From Lentisphaeria bacterium (GTDB lineage: Bacteria; Verrucomicrobiota; Lentisphaeria; JABSQK01; JAWLHB01), in NCBI GenBank assembly GCA_041690595.1, contig JAWLHB010000032.1, positions 62,001 to 91,935 on the forward strand: a stretch of DNA of 29,935 bases, written 5' to 3'. The notes beneath the pieces are model-generated. The model searched no databases, was not told where the DNA came from, and saw only the letters and a list, made by a program, of their open reading frames with translations. The position numbers and the translations under genes are program-made. Positions 27,538 through 29,935 of this stretch are shown here, one piece after another. Within the stretch, counting starts at the first letter, position 1. Each line of letters opens with the position of its first letter.

Positions 27538-27851
27538 CAGTGCCAAGAAATCCTGCTGACCCTCCTCTAATGAACAACGACAGACGCCCTACGTTCATTG
27601 ATCTTTTCTGCGGTTGTGGCGGGTTCACGCTTGGTATGCAGCGAGGTGGCTTCCACTGCCTCGCGGCTGTGGACCTAAGTTCCGTTGCCATAGACACTCT
27701 CAAAGAGAACTTGCCGGACACCTTTCTGGCTCTTGAGCGGGAGTCCACGGCCAGATCGAGGCACTTGGAGTACCGCAGGCGTTCAGATTCCCGCCTGCCC
27801 AGCTTGATTCCCACCGTACCATCAGGGCATCGCGTGGTGCTGCATGAATGA
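27534..27851 (+). pseudogene. Truncated C5 cytosine DNA methyltransferase (motifs I-II only)
   Basis: TFIDLFCGCGGFTLGM...LAAVD...AIDTLKENLP is present. Similarity stops at about 27742 with no PC catalytic motif and no ENV motif. Start is GTG 27534 or ATG 27570. Confidence 0.8.
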
Positions 27852-29865
27852 GCGCAGTGAAGGATCACCGGTCCACCAAGATCAGGGGATCATGGCTCCC
27901 TTCCTCCTGCCGCGAGCGTACTACAACGCCCAAGTCAGTGAGTTCCTCGCGACCGCTCCCGACGAGGTTCTTGGCGCATTGACCGCAAACAGCGAATTCG
28001 CGGTTGAACTGCCGCAGCGCGACGCTTGGCAGTCCGAAATCCTGCTTATGCGCCATGCCTTATGTGGCTCAAGCGGCGCTATATGGTTGGAGTTCAACAT
28101 ACCACGAATGGGACGCCGAGCGGATGTAGTAGTCATCTCAGGCGGCATCATCTTTGTCATTGAGTTCAAGGTTGGGGCGTGTACTGCGACGATTGATGAC
28201 CTAAATCAGGTTTGGGACTATGCTCTGGATCTGAAGAATTTTCATAAAGGGAGCCACGATGCAGTCATCGCCCCAATCTTGGTAGCCACCGAATCATCAG
28301 AGGAGCGATTCACCGTGTCTTCCATGGCGGAAGATGGGGTATTCCATCCCATGAGCTGCAACGGTAATGGAATCCGGCGCCTTTTAGATCAGGTCCTGCA
28401 ACAAACGGATACACGTTCACCGATCAAGCCTGATGTGTGGTCTGCCACCTCCTATTGCCCAACGCCAACCATAGTTGAGGCCGCCCGAGCTCTGTATTCG
28501 CATCATTCCGTAGCTTCAATTGCCCGTTATGATGCCGGGGCAAAGAATCTGCGCATGACATCGGCCAGAATCGGCGAGTTGGCCGAGCTTGCAAGAAAAG
28601 AGAGTAAGAAGATCGTCTGCCTCGTCACTGGAGTACCGGGAGCCGGTAAGACGTTAGTTGGTCTCAACGTGGCCACTGAACGTTCATACCATGGGAAAGA
28701 CACACACGCGGTCTTTTTATCGGGAAATGGACCGCTTGTGGCGGTACTCCGAGAAGCCTTGGTGCGAGATGAAATCACTCGACGCAAAGGTGAATCTGTC
28801 CGCAAGGGTGAGGTGCGTGAGAAAGTCAAAGCCTTCATTCAGAATGTCCATCATTTTCGCGACGAGGCCTTACGAGATGCTGGTGCTCCTGCCGATCACA
28901 TAGTCGTTTTCGATGAAGCGCAACGAGCTTGGGACCATGCGCAGACGGCGAAATTTATGCGTTCGAAGCGAGGGCAAGATGGCTTCTCCATGTCTGAACC
29001 GGAATTCCTGATCTCATACCTGGATCGGCACGAAGACTGGGCACTCATCGTCTGCTTGGTTGGCGGCGGCCAGGAGATTAACACTGGGGAAGCAGGAATG
29101 AGTGCTTGGGTAGAAGCCCTTGCAGGTCGGTTTAGACACTGGGTGGTGTACGTTTCACCAGCTATTACTGAAAGTGAATATGGCGCAGAGAAGTCGATTA
29201 GCATTCTTCATAACCGAAATGGCATCATCTATGACGATGCGCTACATCTGGCTGTGCCGATGCGGTCCTTCCGCTCGGAGAGAGTCTCGCAATTCATCAA
29301 GCAGATGCTCGATTGCGACGATAACGGCGCTCGAGGGACTTACTCTGCCCTCTCTGGACGTTATCCCATTGTCATTACGCGCTGCATAGAGGCAGCTAAG
29401 AGCTGGATCCGTCTGCAATCACGCGGCAGCGAAAGATTTGGGCTTGTTGCCTCGTCAGAGGCCCGCCGGCTGAAACCGCATGCCATCGATATCCGAGTGG
29501 CTATCGATCCAATTCACTGGTTCCTGAACGCAGGAACGGATACTCGATCAAGCCTCTACCTGGAGGACGCCGCAACTGAATTCCAGGTACAAGGCCTCGA
29601 ACTGGATTGGGTCTGCGTGACATGGGATGGCGACCTGAGGTTCCGGCAATCCGCCTGGGAATATCATTCGTTTAGAGGCTCTAGCTGGTGCACTATACGC
29701 CAGCCTATAAGGCAGTCTTATCTTCGTAATGCGTACCGGGTTCTGCTGACTCGCGCTCGCCAAGGAATGGTGATCTTCGTCCCGCCTGGCGATCCTTTGG
29801 ATCCGACCCGCTCGCCGCGTTTCTACAATGGTACGTTCGTAAGCGTCAAAAATACCCCATGGTGA
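27844..29865 (+). CDS. DUF2075 (Schlafen group 3-like SF1 helicase domain) protein with N-terminal PD-(D/E)xK-like nuclease domain; last codons probably IS-derived
   Basis: RRADVV...VIEFK, Walker A GVPGAGKT, Walker B VFDEAQR, QGLELD and YRVLLTRARQG. Alternative start is ATG 27892 after AGGGG. Confidence 0.88.
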   Translation: MNERSEGSPVHQDQGIMAPFLLPRAYYNAQVSEFLATAPDEVLGALTANSEFAVELPQRDAWQSEILLMRHALCGSSGAIWLEFNIPRMGRRADVVVISGGIIFVIEFKVGACTATIDDLNQVWDYALDLKNFHKGSHDAVIAPILVATESSEERFTVSSMAEDGVFHPMSCNGNGIRRLLDQVLQQTDTRSPIKPDVWSATSYCPTPTIVEAARALYSHHSVASIARYDAGAKNLRMTSARIGELAELARKESKKIVCLVTGVPGAGKTLVGLNVATERSYHGKDTHAVFLSGNGPLVAVLREALVRDEITRRKGESVRKGEVREKVKAFIQNVHHFRDEALRDAGAPADHIVVFDEAQRAWDHAQTAKFMRSKRGQDGFSMSEPEFLISYLDRHEDWALIVCLVGGGQEINTGEAGMSAWVEALAGRFRHWVVYVSPAITESEYGAEKSISILHNRNGIIYDDALHLAVPMRSFRSERVSQFIKQMLDCDDNGARGTYSALSGRYPIVITRCIEAAKSWIRLQSRGSERFGLVASSEARRLKPHAIDIRVAIDPIHWFLNAGTDTRSSLYLEDAATEFQVQGLELDWVCVTWDGDLRFRQSAWEYHSFRGSSWCTIRQPIRQSYLRNAYRVLLTRARQGMVIFVPPGDPLDPTRSPRFYNGTFVSVKNTPW

Positions 29866-29935
29866 ATATTCGCTTGCTCGTGCGCACAGTATCTCCTGTG
29901 ACTTGAACCCCCTACAGGAGATCATGAGGATGAGC
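29839..29935 (+). mobile_element. Probable left end of an IS66-family element, continuing beyond the window
   Basis: Begins GTAAGCGTC, like the GTAAGCG termini of IS66-family elements. AGGAG plus ATG at 29924/29930 could start the first IS ORF. No transposase is visible in the window. Confidence 0.6.

Noticed and set aside
26763..27559. ORFs reading HHEGHEERE / TTKNAESAK / FALFVSFVV
   Set aside because: These are read-through products of a repeat whose periods are multiples of 3. They are open on both strands with no convincing RBS or domain.

Overview
GC-rich bacterial chromosomal segment. The gene content (type III glutamine synthetase, secretin-N-terminus-like proteins, ceramidase-like, BNR sialidase-like and beta-helix glycan enzymes, DUF1573) suggests a PVC-superphylum organism such as Lentisphaerae; this is inference only. 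Positions 1-26.4 kb hold ordinary core and carbohydrate genes: CapA-like (partial), GH31, mutarotase-like, glnA (GSIII, with a clear sigma54-type promoter and a terminator) and ceramidase-like. Then comes a tightly packed + strand run: NagB-like, sialidase-like, two near-identical double beta-helix glycan enzymes, two shortened secretin-like proteins and a SAM methyltransferase. After that: DUF1206, DUF1573-thioredoxin, a sugar isomerase, an esterase, queA-smpB, tRNA-Arg(CCT), two PspA/IM30 genes and a DUF3015-DUF4105 pair. From about 26.8 kb the region is accessory. A purine-rich 114-bp tandem repeat is interrupted by a 118-bp element bounded by inverted repeats. The array then breaks mid-unit into a less GC-rich island holding a headless ORF, a truncated C5-DNA methyltransferase and a nuclease-helicase (DUF2075-like) whose 3' end appears to be cut by an IS66-type element running off the window. 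All family calls come from recognising motifs by eye; no database search was run.
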